Shown here in pieces: positions 46,190 to 55,585 of a DNA stretch of 60,220 nt. Source of the DNA: Clostridiales bacterium. GTDB taxonomy: Bacteria; Bacillota; Limnochordia; Darwinibacteriales; B1SED10-159. The first letter of the stretch is position 1; every line of letters starts with the position of its first letter. The notes under the pieces were generated by a model. The model was not told the origin of the DNA. It was given only the letters and a program-made list of their open reading frames with translations, and ran no database searches. Made by a program: the position numbers and the translations under genes. The stretch spans positions 1-60,220 of the forward strand of contig PUOC01000038.1 of assembly GCA_003551965.1 (NCBI GenBank), given 5' to 3'.

Positions 46190-46223
46190 GCTGCAAAACA
46201 AACAGCCCCTGCTGGAGGGGCTG
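46190..46223 (-). terminator. rho-independent terminator of the aldo/keto reductase operon
   Basis: CAGCCCCT-gctgg-AGGGGCTG. On the minus strand it is followed by TTTGTTTTGCAG. It lies 78 nt past the stop at 46301. Confidence 0.65.
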
Positions 46224-46300
46224 GCTACAGTGCCGTTGGTGCAGGTGCCAATCGATGGAAGCTGTGGCCTGCTGTGTAGAAGGCGGCCGCTGGCACCTGT

Positions 46301-47347
46301 TTATTCTTCGTTTAAGTTCATTTTCATGATGCTTCGGAACTTCGATCCAACCGTTCGCTCCAGCTCAAAAGGCTCTCCTTCCAAAAGTGGGTAGGACTGC
46401 AGGAACGTATCTATGGAGCTGATATCTTCCTCGTCCAAGGTGAAATCGAAGATCCGGCTGTTGGATTCGACGTGTCTGCTGTTTCGCACTCCAATGATAC
46501 TGGCCGCCACGCCCGGTTGGCTTAGAATGTATTTCGTGGCTACAAGGGAAGTTTCCACCCGGTGTTTTTCGGCGATGGCAGACAGCAGCTGCAGCAGTTT
46601 CTGGTACCCTTGCAATCCTAACGTTTCTTCAATCACCTGCAGGTATTTCACCTGGGAGCGGGTTTCCGGCTCCGGGAAGTCCTGCCCTAAGTATTTCTCC
46701 GATAGCAGCCCGCCGGCTAACGTACCGTAGCAGAAATGATGGATGCCCTGCTGCCGGCAATAGTCCAAGAGCCCTTTTTCCGGGCGCCGGTCAAGCACAG
46801 AGTACTGGCTTTGACAGGACAGAATCGGGATCCCCGCATCGACGATCTCCCGCAGATGCTCGGTGTCAAAGTTGGTTACGCCAATGTGCCGGATTTTGCC
46901 TTTTTCTTGCAGCTGCCTTAGATGGCCGGCTGTTTCCACATATCCTTTGACATCATAGTTCCACCAGTGGAACTGCACTAGGTCCACAGTTTCTCGATGG
47001 AGCCGCTGCAGGCTTCTGTCGATAATACTTTCTGTGTAGGCGAAGTCCACCTCCGGCAGCAGATTGATGTCGGGCACGTATTTTGTGTGGATTTGAACGT
47101 CGTCAGGGGATGCGCTCCTGCCCGTCCTGAGTTCGTCTAGAAAAGACCCCAGAAACTCCTCTGCCCCCGTGTAGATATCGGCGCAGTCAAAGGTCGTAAA
47201 GCCCCGCTCCACCAAGGCGTGAAATGCTTTCATGACGTCGCGCATATCCAGTTGTTCTTTCAAACTGTGGCCTTGGGATAGCTGCCAGCAGCCGTTAATG
47301 ACCCTGCTGATCGTGTAGTTGTCATGTAACTTCAGGCGTTCGGCCAT
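46301..47347 (-). CDS. aldo/keto reductase
   Basis: 348 aa with AAGGAGAG upstream. FDCADIYTGAEEFLG, HIGVTNFD and CYGTLAGGLLS are AKR blocks. Confidence 0.85.
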   Translation of the reverse strand: MAERLKLHDNYTISRVINGCWQLSQGHSLKEQLDMRDVMKAFHALVERGFTTFDCADIYTGAEEFLGSFLDELRTGRSASPDDVQIHTKYVPDINLLPEVDFAYTESIIDRSLQRLHRETVDLVQFHWWNYDVKGYVETAGHLRQLQEKGKIRHIGVTNFDTEHLREIVDAGIPILSCQSQYSVLDRRPEKGLLDYCRQQGIHHFCYGTLAGGLLSEKYLGQDFPEPETRSQVKYLQVIEETLGLQGYQKLLQLLSAIAEKHRVETSLVATKYILSQPGVAASIIGVRNSRHVESNSRIFDFTLDEEDISSIDTFLQSYPLLEGEPFELERTVGSKFRSIMKMNLNEE

Positions 47348-47351
47348 TGCT

Positions 47352-47690
47352 TTACTCTCCTTCGCGGATCGGTTCTATGGTACATTCAGAGTGGCGAAAT
47401 TCTTGGGTGCCCGTGCGGGTGATCTTAAATACTGCTCCGCAATTGGGGTCGGGACAGGCAATGAGGCTGTCGGACAACATCCAGTCGTTGGCCTGCAGGA
47501 CCCGCTGTTTGGCCGGCAAAAGGGGCAGCAGCGCGCTCAAAGCATACATGGAGAAGGAACTGTTTTCCGGGAACACTAAATCTTCGCCGACGACCAAGAA
47601 ATAATCTCCGGCATTGTGGCCGCAGACCATGGGGCGGTCAGTTTCAACGACCTCCACTCTTAGATTATATAATGTGAATGAATCGTTCAC
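47352..47690 (-). CDS. TIGR04076-family protein (uncharacterised)
   Basis: I trimmed ORF 47352..47738 to GTG 47690 (AGGGAGG upstream). FTLYNLRVEVV...CGHNAGDYF...FSMYALSALLPLLPAKQR....ACPDP...VFKI matches what I recall of TIGR04076. Its stop is 4 nt from the AKR start codon. Confidence 0.55.
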   Translation of the reverse strand: MNDSFTLYNLRVEVVETDRPMVCGHNAGDYFLVVGEDLVFPENSSFSMYALSALLPLLPAKQRVLQANDWMLSDSLIACPDPNCGAVFKITRTGTQEFRHSECTIEPIREGE

Positions 47691-47982
47691 AGAATTTCCT
47701 CCCTTACGCAGCGTCAGCCTGTCTGAACAATAGACCACCTTTGTTTTGACACCATGCAGGAGGTGTCGGCCTGTGGTGTCGCATTGCCCGGCGGATATGC
47801 ATGTGCCCAGGGTGACAGCATCATTCCATGAAGCTGACGGATGGTATTCCCTGCCAGAAGTCCCCTATAGTGACTTTTTGGGCAACGGTTTACGTCATTT
47901 TAGCACATTGGTACCTAGGACGCAATTGCTACGCTGCGACCTACTGCTTACCACCATCACCATTATCCAAGGTGTTTCGCAT

Positions 47983-49197
47983 TCAATTACAGTTTTTGTT
48001 CACAGGGCAACATCGGGATAGGTCGAGGCTGCTTGTGTTGGACAATTGTTCCCAGGCCAGCAGCCAGTTTGTCTGCTCGTCCAAAAACGCACTGTCCAAA
48101 GACTCTAAACCCTGGCATTCTGTGATGGTGGCAATCAACTCATAGTGGCGGATGGCGATGAAGGAAAAAATGGCCTCTACTTCTTGGACACTGAGAGTTC
48201 GATGCCTGCTATAGCCGCGGTAAAAGCGTTCAAACCTGGCAAGCGTCTTGTTGTAGGCCAACGGGTCCAGCCGATTGAAGTTCGTGGCGTCACTAAGCGT
48301 AGCTGCGTCGATCATGGCAGCGGCTTGTCCTGCAACGTCAAAGTCAAACAAAACATACTTCCCTACATCGTTCTTTAACATATTCCCGGAGTGGAGGTCA
48401 CCATGGCAGAATCCCAGCGGCAAGTCTTGCATACTCTCCCACAGCAGTTCTCCATATTGTTCCAAGCAACGGGTTTTGCTACGTTCATAGCCGACTGCCT
48501 TAAGAATTCTCGTGCAGCGATCGATGTAGAAATCTTTCCCCCTGCGCAGCAAGGGATGTTCATATTTCTCCATAACTCCGTGGAGCTGGGCTATCTGCTC
48601 GCCTATTTCCACGATATCTTGATCAATATCCGGCTCCTCGCCCCCCGCATACTGGAACAAAACACCTATGCACCGCTTCCCAGTTATGTGAAACCACACG
48701 TATTGCTCATCGCTTTCCGTTGGAATGATTGAAACCACAGGATAGTCATGGGCAGCCAAAAACTTAATTATCTGGACCGATTGCAGTGCTTGCTCGGAGT
48801 GAAACGGACGGTACAGCTTTAGAACATACTTTCGCGTGTCGCTTGCGGCGATATATACATGGCCGATCATTTCCCTATGCAAGTGGATATGAGTTATCCT
48901 CAGGTCATAGTGTTGATTTAGCACATGTGTCAATCCATCAAGGTCCAAATAGGATTCAACTGTGTTCAACGATCCATCCTCCTTCCCGGATTCCCATGTC
49001 TCATCTTTCCTTTTCCACCCTATGAGCAGTACTCCTGTTTCATGTCCCTTGAAACGTATTCGGCAGCCAGCAAAGAACACGATGTAATCCTTCTCCCAGC
49101 ATGACTCGCTGACGCCGATCAAGAGTTGTATTGGTGTTAGGCCGGAAAGCATGGTGAGTTCGTCTATGCCATGGAAAGTGAATGACATAGAAGGCAT
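47983..49197 (-). CDS. APH/ChoK-fold kinase with an N-terminal extension of about 90 aa, substrate unknown
   Basis: RKYVLKLYRP (Lys block), FCHGDLHSGNML and VLFDFDVAG (HGD....N ... DFD) are present. The start is uncertain: ATG 49197 or 49188, both with a weak RBS, while the ORF track runs to 49368. By eye it is less GC-rich than its neighbours. Confidence 0.6.
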   Translation of the reverse strand: MPSMSFTFHGIDELTMLSGLTPIQLLIGVSESCWEKDYIVFFAGCRIRFKGHETGVLLIGWKRKDETWESGKEDGSLNTVESYLDLDGLTHVLNQHYDLRITHIHLHREMIGHVYIAASDTRKYVLKLYRPFHSEQALQSVQIIKFLAAHDYPVVSIIPTESDEQYVWFHITGKRCIGVLFQYAGGEEPDIDQDIVEIGEQIAQLHGVMEKYEHPLLRRGKDFYIDRCTRILKAVGYERSKTRCLEQYGELLWESMQDLPLGFCHGDLHSGNMLKNDVGKYVLFDFDVAGQAAAMIDAATLSDATNFNRLDPLAYNKTLARFERFYRGYSRHRTLSVQEVEAIFSFIAIRHYELIATITECQGLESLDSAFLDEQTNWLLAWEQLSNTSSLDLSRCCPVNKNCN

Positions 49198-49618
49198 AAA
49201 CGACGCAGCACCGCCGGTACAACCAATCGTTGGGCTTTGTGCGCTAGACTCCGAAGTCAAGATATACGGATTCACAAAGCGGCAGTGCACCCATCCCCGA
49301 GGGCCCCTTGGCTCGGTACCACAGAAGCAAAAATAGCGCAGCTTTTGGCCGAAAACAGCTGCACACATACCAGCTGGAAGCAGACTTGCTGTGCGCTATC
49401 CAGTTTCTCAAGAAGAGACGCGGGAAAACACCACCTTGATGTCGAATGATTGTAGAAGTAAACGATGGGCCGTGCACAACCTCAGATTCGCTGGGAAGCA
49501 GGGGAGAAGCTGCGGCCGGGGCATTTTAGAGCGGCATGTGCCTGCAGGAGAATCACTAGAACCAAGCTCTTCGGGGCTTAATCATCGAGGAAATAGACTG
49601 CAAAGGAGTGGTACAGCT

Positions 49619-51103
49619 GTGACAAATGGCGTGATGATGCAGTTCTTTCATTGGTATTTACCAGACGACGGGTCGCTGTGGACGCAGCTGGCTGAAGAAA
49701 GCGGTGCCTTGGCGGAGGCAGGCTTTACCGCCGTATGGCTTCCGCCGGCCTATAAAGGCATTGGCGGCGCCAATGATGTGGGCTACGGTGTCTATGACCT
49801 ATTCGACCTCGGTGAGTTCAACCAGAAGGGCTCAACTCGAACCAAGTACGGAACGAAGGATGAATACGTGAGAGCTATCGAAAAGGCTCACGAAAACGGA
49901 ATGCAAGTCTATGGGGACATCGTCTTCAACCATAAAATGGGGGCCGACAAACCGGAAGAGTTCAAGGCCACTCCATATAATCCGGATAATCGTCAAGAGC
50001 CCATTGGGGAGTTGCAGCCCATTAAGGCATGGACACATTTTACCTTTCCTGGCCGGGGCAACAGATATTCCAAGCTGAAATGGCACTGGTGGCATTTCAA
50101 TGCCGCCGATCACAACGCCTTTGACGAAGATACGGAGGCGGTCTACCTGTTCGAGGGAAAATCCTTTGACTTGGATGTGGACAGGGAAAAGGGCAACTTT
50201 GACTACCTTATGGGCTGCAATTTGGATATCAACAACGAAGAGGTACAAAAGGAATTGAAACGCTGGGGCGTATGGTACCTGGAACAGACCCAGGTTGACG
50301 GATTTCGCTTCGACGCTGTCAAACATGTCAGGTCGGGGTTTTTCCTTGACTGGCTTCATCATGTGGAGGAGCAGACCGGCAGGGACTTGTTTGGCGTGGG
50401 TGAGTATTGGTCTACGGACAAAGAAGCCTTGACGAAGTTTCTCGATGGCAACGGCTGCAACATCCTTCTCTTCGATGTCATCTTGCATTATAATTTCGCC
50501 GACGCAGGCAAACGGGGATCTGATTATGACTTGCGGGAAATATTTACCGACACCTTGGTCCAACTACAGCCCGACTGCACTGTCACCATGGTGAGTAATC
50601 ACGATTCGCAGCCGCTCCAGGCTTTGGAGTCCGTGGTTGAGCCATGGTTCAAACCACTGGCCTACGCGTTGATCCTCTTGCGCCGGGAAGGTTATCCCTG
50701 TGTGTTTTACGCCGATTACTACGGTGCCCATTATAAGGATACAGGCAGCGATGGCGGAGAATACGAAATATGGATGGAAAGTTACCGGCAGTGGATCGAT
50801 GCGTTCCTGCACGTACGCCACGAATATGCCTATGGAGAGCAGTACGATTACTTCGATGAACCCGGGTGCATTGGGTGGACACGCACGGGAACCGAGGATC
50901 ATCCCGGTGGCCTGGCGGTGGTAATGAGTATGGCTGAAGACGCAAGCCGGTCTATGCAGACGGCGTCGCCCAACATGGTCTATGTGGACGCCACGGAGCA
51001 AAGCGACACGCAGGTTACCACTGACAGTGAAGGATGGGGCGACTTTCCCTGCCCCGGGGGCTCTGTCTCCGTTTGGATTCCCGCAAAAAGAACTGACGGA
51101 TAA
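49619..51103 (+). CDS. amyA: cytoplasmic alpha-amylase, GH13 (E. coli AmyA / Bacillus licheniformis type)
   Basis: I trimmed ORF 49391..51103 to GTG 49619 (AAAGGAG upstream). MQFFHWYLPDDGSLW, AVWLPPAYKG, GYGVYDLFDLGEFNQKGSTRTKYGTK, DIVFNHK, GFRFDAVKH, GEYW and FVSNHD-like MVSNHDSQP are present. There is no signal peptide. Confidence 0.9.
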   Translation: MTNGVMMQFFHWYLPDDGSLWTQLAEESGALAEAGFTAVWLPPAYKGIGGANDVGYGVYDLFDLGEFNQKGSTRTKYGTKDEYVRAIEKAHENGMQVYGDIVFNHKMGADKPEEFKATPYNPDNRQEPIGELQPIKAWTHFTFPGRGNRYSKLKWHWWHFNAADHNAFDEDTEAVYLFEGKSFDLDVDREKGNFDYLMGCNLDINNEEVQKELKRWGVWYLEQTQVDGFRFDAVKHVRSGFFLDWLHHVEEQTGRDLFGVGEYWSTDKEALTKFLDGNGCNILLFDVILHYNFADAGKRGSDYDLREIFTDTLVQLQPDCTVTMVSNHDSQPLQALESVVEPWFKPLAYALILLRREGYPCVFYADYYGAHYKDTGSDGGEYEIWMESYRQWIDAFLHVRHEYAYGEQYDYFDEPGCIGWTRTGTEDHPGGLAVVMSMAEDASRSMQTASPNMVYVDATEQSDTQVTTDSEGWGDFPCPGGSVSVWIPAKRTDG

Positions 51104-51116
51104 GGGCCGGCAAAAC

Positions 51117-51151
51117 AAAACACGTCGTACGGACGATGTACGACGTGTTTT
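51117..51151. terminator. bidirectional hairpin terminator between convergent genes
   Basis: AAAACACGTCGTAC-ggacgat-GTACGACGTGTTTT, a perfect 14-bp stem with an A-run and a T-run. It lies between stops at 51103 (+) and 51275 (-). Confidence 0.85.
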
Positions 51152-51274
51152 GCGCGCCTTGGGAGTTTCTTTGCCGGGAGGCAGCGTGAACGAGGGCCGG
51201 CTCGGCACTCCGACAGAGCGCCTGCCAGGAAAAGAAGTGGTTCGGGCAGGGGTTTCGCTCGGACAGACGTCATT

Positions 51275-52234
51275 TCAGGGCAGCGCCCAGTGAGGAAAAT
51301 CGGGCATGGTCCCCCGCTGGCAGTGTTCCAGGGCATGGTGGCCTTCTGCAACGAAGCCGTAGAATTCGGCCTCCATTCCCCATACAACAGCGTCCAAGCC
51401 ATACTGGAGCCGCAAAAGAAAACACTGCAGGATATCTTCTTGACTCCAACTGCGCCCATAGCCTTGGTACAAAGCTTGCAGGAGGTGCGGGCGCTGCAGC
51501 CATTCCCAAGAGGGGTAGCGGCTGAAGTCATTGACCCAGAGATCCCACTGGGAGAATTCGAAGTCAATGATGCCGGATAGCTGCCCGCCGGTGTTCACCA
51601 GCCAGTTGTCGGGGCCGAAATCGAGGTGGCACGGTGCGGGAGGACTGTTTCGGAACACATCCGTGTATTGCATGGCGCGACGCAAGAGGGCCTGCTCTTT
51701 CCCATCGATATATTGGTGCGCTACGGCTTTATCAATGGCACGGGCGAGGCGCAGGGAAACGAACTGCACCGGATCCGCCACTGCTTCCTGCTGCGGCGAA
51801 CCATCCCGCCTGCAGGGACCAAAGAACGTCCCCTGTTTGCAGCTGTGCAGACTGGCCAAACATGCCCCCGCCTGCCGCCACACATCGGCTTCGCCGTCGC
51901 GGCCCATGGGTGGCTCCCGCAGCGGCCGTCCCGGAAGAACCGTGACCACAACGGCAAACGGTTCCTGGTCTCGCACTGCCAGCAGGCGGGGTGTCCAACC
52001 TTCCAGGGCCTGCGACCATTGTTCGTAGCCGTGTACTTCCCGTTCCCACCTAGCCCTATGCTGGAAGGTCTTCAGCAGGAAAGAGTCCGAGCCTGTCTTG
52101 AACATCTGTACGGACGAACGTCCATGGATGCGGCGGTCCCCCTCTAGGAAACGGATGGCGCCAAAATGCTTACGGCACCAGGCCTTGATTTCAGCGGCTC
52201 TTGCGGTAGGATCCATCCCCTGCGCCCCTTTCAT
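51275..52234 (-). CDS. APH/ChoK-fold kinase, substrate unknown
   Basis: 319 aa. FLLKTF (Lys block), PCHLDFGPDNWLV and GIIDFEFS (H.D....N ... DFE) are present. The ATG overlaps the stop of the upstream regulator in an ATGA at 52231-52234. Confidence 0.65.
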   Translation of the reverse strand: MKGAQGMDPTARAAEIKAWCRKHFGAIRFLEGDRRIHGRSSVQMFKTGSDSFLLKTFQHRARWEREVHGYEQWSQALEGWTPRLLAVRDQEPFAVVVTVLPGRPLREPPMGRDGEADVWRQAGACLASLHSCKQGTFFGPCRRDGSPQQEAVADPVQFVSLRLARAIDKAVAHQYIDGKEQALLRRAMQYTDVFRNSPPAPCHLDFGPDNWLVNTGGQLSGIIDFEFSQWDLWVNDFSRYPSWEWLQRPHLLQALYQGYGRSWSQEDILQCFLLRLQYGLDAVVWGMEAEFYGFVAEGHHALEHCQRGTMPDFPHWALP

Positions 52235-54987
52235 GGCAGCAGTTGCATCTGGCGGGCCATGGCAGCTGCTCTGGTTCGGTTTCGCACTCCTAATTTACCA
52301 TAAATGTTGCTGGTGTGCCATTTGACCGTTCCCAAGGAGAGGTACAGCGTCTGGGCAATGGCTTCGTTAGACAGGCCTTCACTGATTAACTGGAGTACTT
52401 CCCGTTCCCTCTCGCTGAGAGCTTCTATGAGGCCGTCGGCTGCTCCCGGCACATCAGCCGCGGCCTCTGCAGCCCGTTCGCCGTCTTTGCCGTTGCCAGA
52501 GCGGTCTGCAAGGCGCTGGCTGGCTGCCGGAGGATGCATGTCGTCCATGAGCTGCCGAATCCAGCCGGCCAGTTCATGGTCGGCGCTGCCCCGTCTGTGC
52601 AGCAGCCGCTGCCATACTGCAGCGCACTCCCTTCCATAGTCGATAAACGTCTGATAGAACCCGCAGGGTTTTCCTATCTGCAGGGCTTCATCAAGAGCTT
52701 CGTCTGCCGCCGCATCGTTTCCCCAGCGATGTTCCAGGACAGAGAGGGTCAGCTGTGACTCCAGCCACAGGCGGCGGTACTGTCCCTGTTCAGCCAAGGC
52801 CTGCACTTCCCTGAGCATGCTTCTGCAGCGGTGCTGCGGCGGCTCCGGCTGCGCTGCGTTCCAATGGACCGCGAGCAGGCGGCCCCGGCCCTGACCTGGG
52901 GCCACAGGGCCGTCGCTGTTTGTCTGCAATCTTTCCAGCACACCTCCAGCCCCGTCGGGGCGGCCCAAGGCCAGCAGAGCGAACCCTTTCCAGACCGCGG
53001 CGTTGTCCGTAATGAACAGCGGCAGTGCCAGATCGCGGTTGATCTCCTCTATGTCGGCAGCCACACGTACTGCGGCATCGTAGTCTTGAGTGGACATACA
53101 GAAGGCCGCCTTGGTCAGCAAATTCCAGCAGAACGACGGCGTTTCCGGCTCACTGAAATGCAATCCCCGCTCAAGACAGCGTTCTGCTTCAGGCAGGTGC
53201 CCCGCTTCCCGCTTAATTTCCGCGAGCAGTGTCCACAAAAGACCGATTCGGGGAATGCGGTCGTATCCAGTTTGCCTGGCTTCCTTCAGCAGCTGCGTGA
53301 TTAGCTCCTCGGCCTCCCGGAAGCGCCCTAGGCAGGCCAGGCTGGTAGCCCGTTTGAACCCGGTGGTAAGACTGGGATTCATCACACGGCGTCCGCTTAA
53401 ATGGGCTTGTTGGTAGAACTCGTCGGCTCTCTGAGGATTGTCGGTGAAGAGCCAGCTGTCTCCGGAATAGATGGCTGCATTCATAAGCCAGTAATGGTTG
53501 TGCTCAGGCAGCAGCTCCAGAGCCCTTTCTGCAGTTTCACGGGCTACCTCGAACTGGTTGCGGCACACATGGTAATAGGCTTTGACCGCTTCTAAGGTTC
53601 CGCGGAACCCAGCATGGGTTTCCGGATCTTCATACCCCAGACTTTCCGCCAATGCAATGCAGCGCTGGGCTTCGTCGTAGCCGCGGTAGATCAAACAGTA
53701 CAGAACTTTGTGCACCGCCAGACTGGGATGCTTCTGCAAAATGTTGTCGGGAAGGGCCTCCAGGCAGCGGTTCAGATGCTTCCAGCCATCGGTGATGCGG
53801 ATGGAGTCATAGTGTTCGTGAAGAATGGCGCCTACCTGCGCCAAATCCCCTGCGGCCAGGGCATACCGGACAGCTTCGCCCGGTTCGCCGTTGTTCAAAA
53901 ACCATTGGCCTGCCTTCCTGTGAAGGTCGTCTGCTGCCTGGGGTTCCGTACGCTGCAGATGGTAGCGCAGTTGTTCTGCAAACAAGGGATGGTAGCGGTA
54001 CCAAGTACCTTCTTCATCCAAGGGAATCACAAAGACATTGTCGCGCTCAAGCTCACAAAGAATCTCGCTGCTGTCCTCTCGGCCGGTCAGAGCATGGCAT
54101 AGCGGCCCATGAAAGCGATGGAGAACAGCGGTTTTGCAGAGAAAGTCCCGGCGGCTTTCCGGCTGCTGAAAAAACACCTCTTCACTGAGGAAATGCAGTA
54201 TATGGCGCTGGCTGCCAGTGAAGCTCTCGATGAACTGCTCGACGTTGTCCACTCGGGTTAAGGAAAGGGCAGCAAGATGCAGTCCGGTGATCCATCCTTC
54301 TGTCTTGCGGTGCAGGGCACGGATCTGTGACGAACTCAGCGAGGACAGCTGCAGCCCTTGGAACAGTTCTGCCGCTTCTTCTTCGGAGAACTGCAGATCG
54401 GCCAGCCGAACTTCTTCCATGCGGCCCTTACCCCTCCACCGGGCCAGCGGCCACGGCGGATCGGAACGGCTTGTGACCACCACGTGGACCGTGGGCGGTG
54501 CATGTTCCAAAAAGAAGACCATGTCTTGATGGATATCCCTGTTTTCAATCACATGATAATCGTCAAGGACCAAGAACAGGGCACGGCCGCACTCGAAGAG
54601 GTCATTCAAAAGGGCCGTCAGGAAGGCGGGCGCGGCCTGCGATGGGGCGATGGGACCGGCAGAATGCAGCGCTTCCCGCGTTCCGCGGCCCAGTTCTGGA
54701 TCGATAGTCTGCAGAGCAGCGGCGAAATAGAGCCAGAACCGTTCCCGTTCGTTGTCCTGGTGGTCCAGGGAGTACCAGGCTGCTTGGGCATCTGTCTTAG
54801 CCACCCAGGCGCGCGCAAGGGTTGTCTTCCCAAAACCCGCCGGCGCTGAGATTACAGTCAAAGGCCAGGCAAATCCTTCCGGGGTGCTCAGGCCCCGGTT
54901 AAGCCGTTCCTGGATCTGCGGGCGGGCCAGAATATTGGCTGTCAAAGGCGGCAGATTCGTCTTGATGCGCAGTATATCCGATACCAT
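52231..54987 (-). CDS. large ATP-binding LuxR-family regulator (LAL / MalT-like STAND NTPase plus TPR-like region plus LuxR HTH)
   Basis: I trimmed ORF 52231..55089 to ATG 54987 (GGGGGA 7 nt upstream). It has Walker A VISAPAGFGKTTLA, Walker B-like LFLVLDDYH, and a long helical repeat region. The C-terminal HTH is LSEREREVLQLISEGLSNEAIAQTLYLSLGTVKWHTSNIYGKLGV. Confidence 0.85.
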   Translation of the reverse strand: MVSDILRIKTNLPPLTANILARPQIQERLNRGLSTPEGFAWPLTVISAPAGFGKTTLARAWVAKTDAQAAWYSLDHQDNERERFWLYFAAALQTIDPELGRGTREALHSAGPIAPSQAAPAFLTALLNDLFECGRALFLVLDDYHVIENRDIHQDMVFFLEHAPPTVHVVVTSRSDPPWPLARWRGKGRMEEVRLADLQFSEEEAAELFQGLQLSSLSSSQIRALHRKTEGWITGLHLAALSLTRVDNVEQFIESFTGSQRHILHFLSEEVFFQQPESRRDFLCKTAVLHRFHGPLCHALTGREDSSEILCELERDNVFVIPLDEEGTWYRYHPLFAEQLRYHLQRTEPQAADDLHRKAGQWFLNNGEPGEAVRYALAAGDLAQVGAILHEHYDSIRITDGWKHLNRCLEALPDNILQKHPSLAVHKVLYCLIYRGYDEAQRCIALAESLGYEDPETHAGFRGTLEAVKAYYHVCRNQFEVARETAERALELLPEHNHYWLMNAAIYSGDSWLFTDNPQRADEFYQQAHLSGRRVMNPSLTTGFKRATSLACLGRFREAEELITQLLKEARQTGYDRIPRIGLLWTLLAEIKREAGHLPEAERCLERGLHFSEPETPSFCWNLLTKAAFCMSTQDYDAAVRVAADIEEINRDLALPLFITDNAAVWKGFALLALGRPDGAGGVLERLQTNSDGPVAPGQGRGRLLAVHWNAAQPEPPQHRCRSMLREVQALAEQGQYRRLWLESQLTLSVLEHRWGNDAAADEALDEALQIGKPCGFYQTFIDYGRECAAVWQRLLHRRGSADHELAGWIRQLMDDMHPPAASQRLADRSGNGKDGERAAEAAADVPGAADGLIEALSEREREVLQLISEGLSNEAIAQTLYLSLGTVKWHTSNIYGKLGVRNRTRAAAMARQMQLLP

Positions 54988-55173
54988 CACGCGTTCCCCC
55001 TGGCGCAGCACATTTGTTTCTTCCTTTCGACACTGGCTGAATACATACCTCTGCTGTCCGAAAGTTAGGATCGCGGGTTGGCTGGCCACAACCCAACTAT
55101 CGTCAGGTCCATGAACGATACCTTTGGTCTAAGATGGAGACAAGAAAGCCATCACAGTCAGGGGGATCGTGCC

Positions 55174-55341
55174 ATGGAACACCAATCGCTGCATATCCTG
55201 CACTGGGTATTGTCAACAGACCGGGCAATCATCGGTGTGACGTGGGTGCATAAGCAGCGGGCATGCAGCGTAAACATTGTCCTGGGCTGGGGTGAGCTCA
55301 GCGTTGTATGGGAGGTGCGCAATGAGCGTCAGGGGTGCTAG
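55174..55341 (+). CDS. possible small ORF (55 aa), hypothetical
   Basis: ATG 55174 has GGGGGA 7 nt upstream. It overlaps the next small ORF by 20 nt. I recognise no family, so it may equally be untranslated leader. Confidence 0.25.
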   Translation: MEHQSLHILHWVLSTDRAIIGVTWVHKQRACSVNIVLGWGELSVVWEVRNERQGC

Positions 55342-55585
55342 CGATAGGAACAGGTGGCAGATCCATGTGCACTGCAGCGGTCACTTGGACAAATGGGCAG
55401 AAGACTACTTGCATGGGGCCTGCATTACCTGCAGGAACGACGGAACGTGCTGTGTAAAGGGGGACCTCCCGGACATGGCTGCGGCGTATGGATTGCTGGT
55501 TTGGCTGCGGGATGCTGGTGTGAACGTGTTGTATCTTCAGATGAATAAGCGAGCAGAGGAGGATAACGATGAATCGGACGTGTGA
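55322..55585 (+). CDS. small conserved-looking hypothetical protein (87 aa)
   Basis: ATG 55322 has GGGAGG 6 nt upstream. The core is IHVHCSGHLDKWAEDYLHGACITCRNDGTCCVKGDLPDMAAAYGLLVWLRDAGVNVLYLQ. The Shine-Dalgarno site of the downstream 902-aa gene lies within its last codons. Confidence 0.45.
   Translation: MSVRGASDRNRWQIHVHCSGHLDKWAEDYLHGACITCRNDGTCCVKGDLPDMAAAYGLLVWLRDAGVNVLYLQMNKRAEEDNDESDV

Noticed and set aside
45900-46300. Possibility that the FGE/C-type-lectin-fold C-terminus is a diversity-generating retroelement variable region
   Set aside because: This fold is a classic DGR target scaffold, so I looked for a nearby template repeat matching the last ~120 nt of the gene and for a reverse transcriptase or Avd gene. 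I found none in the window. The only downstream similarity is a trivial CAACAAC string.
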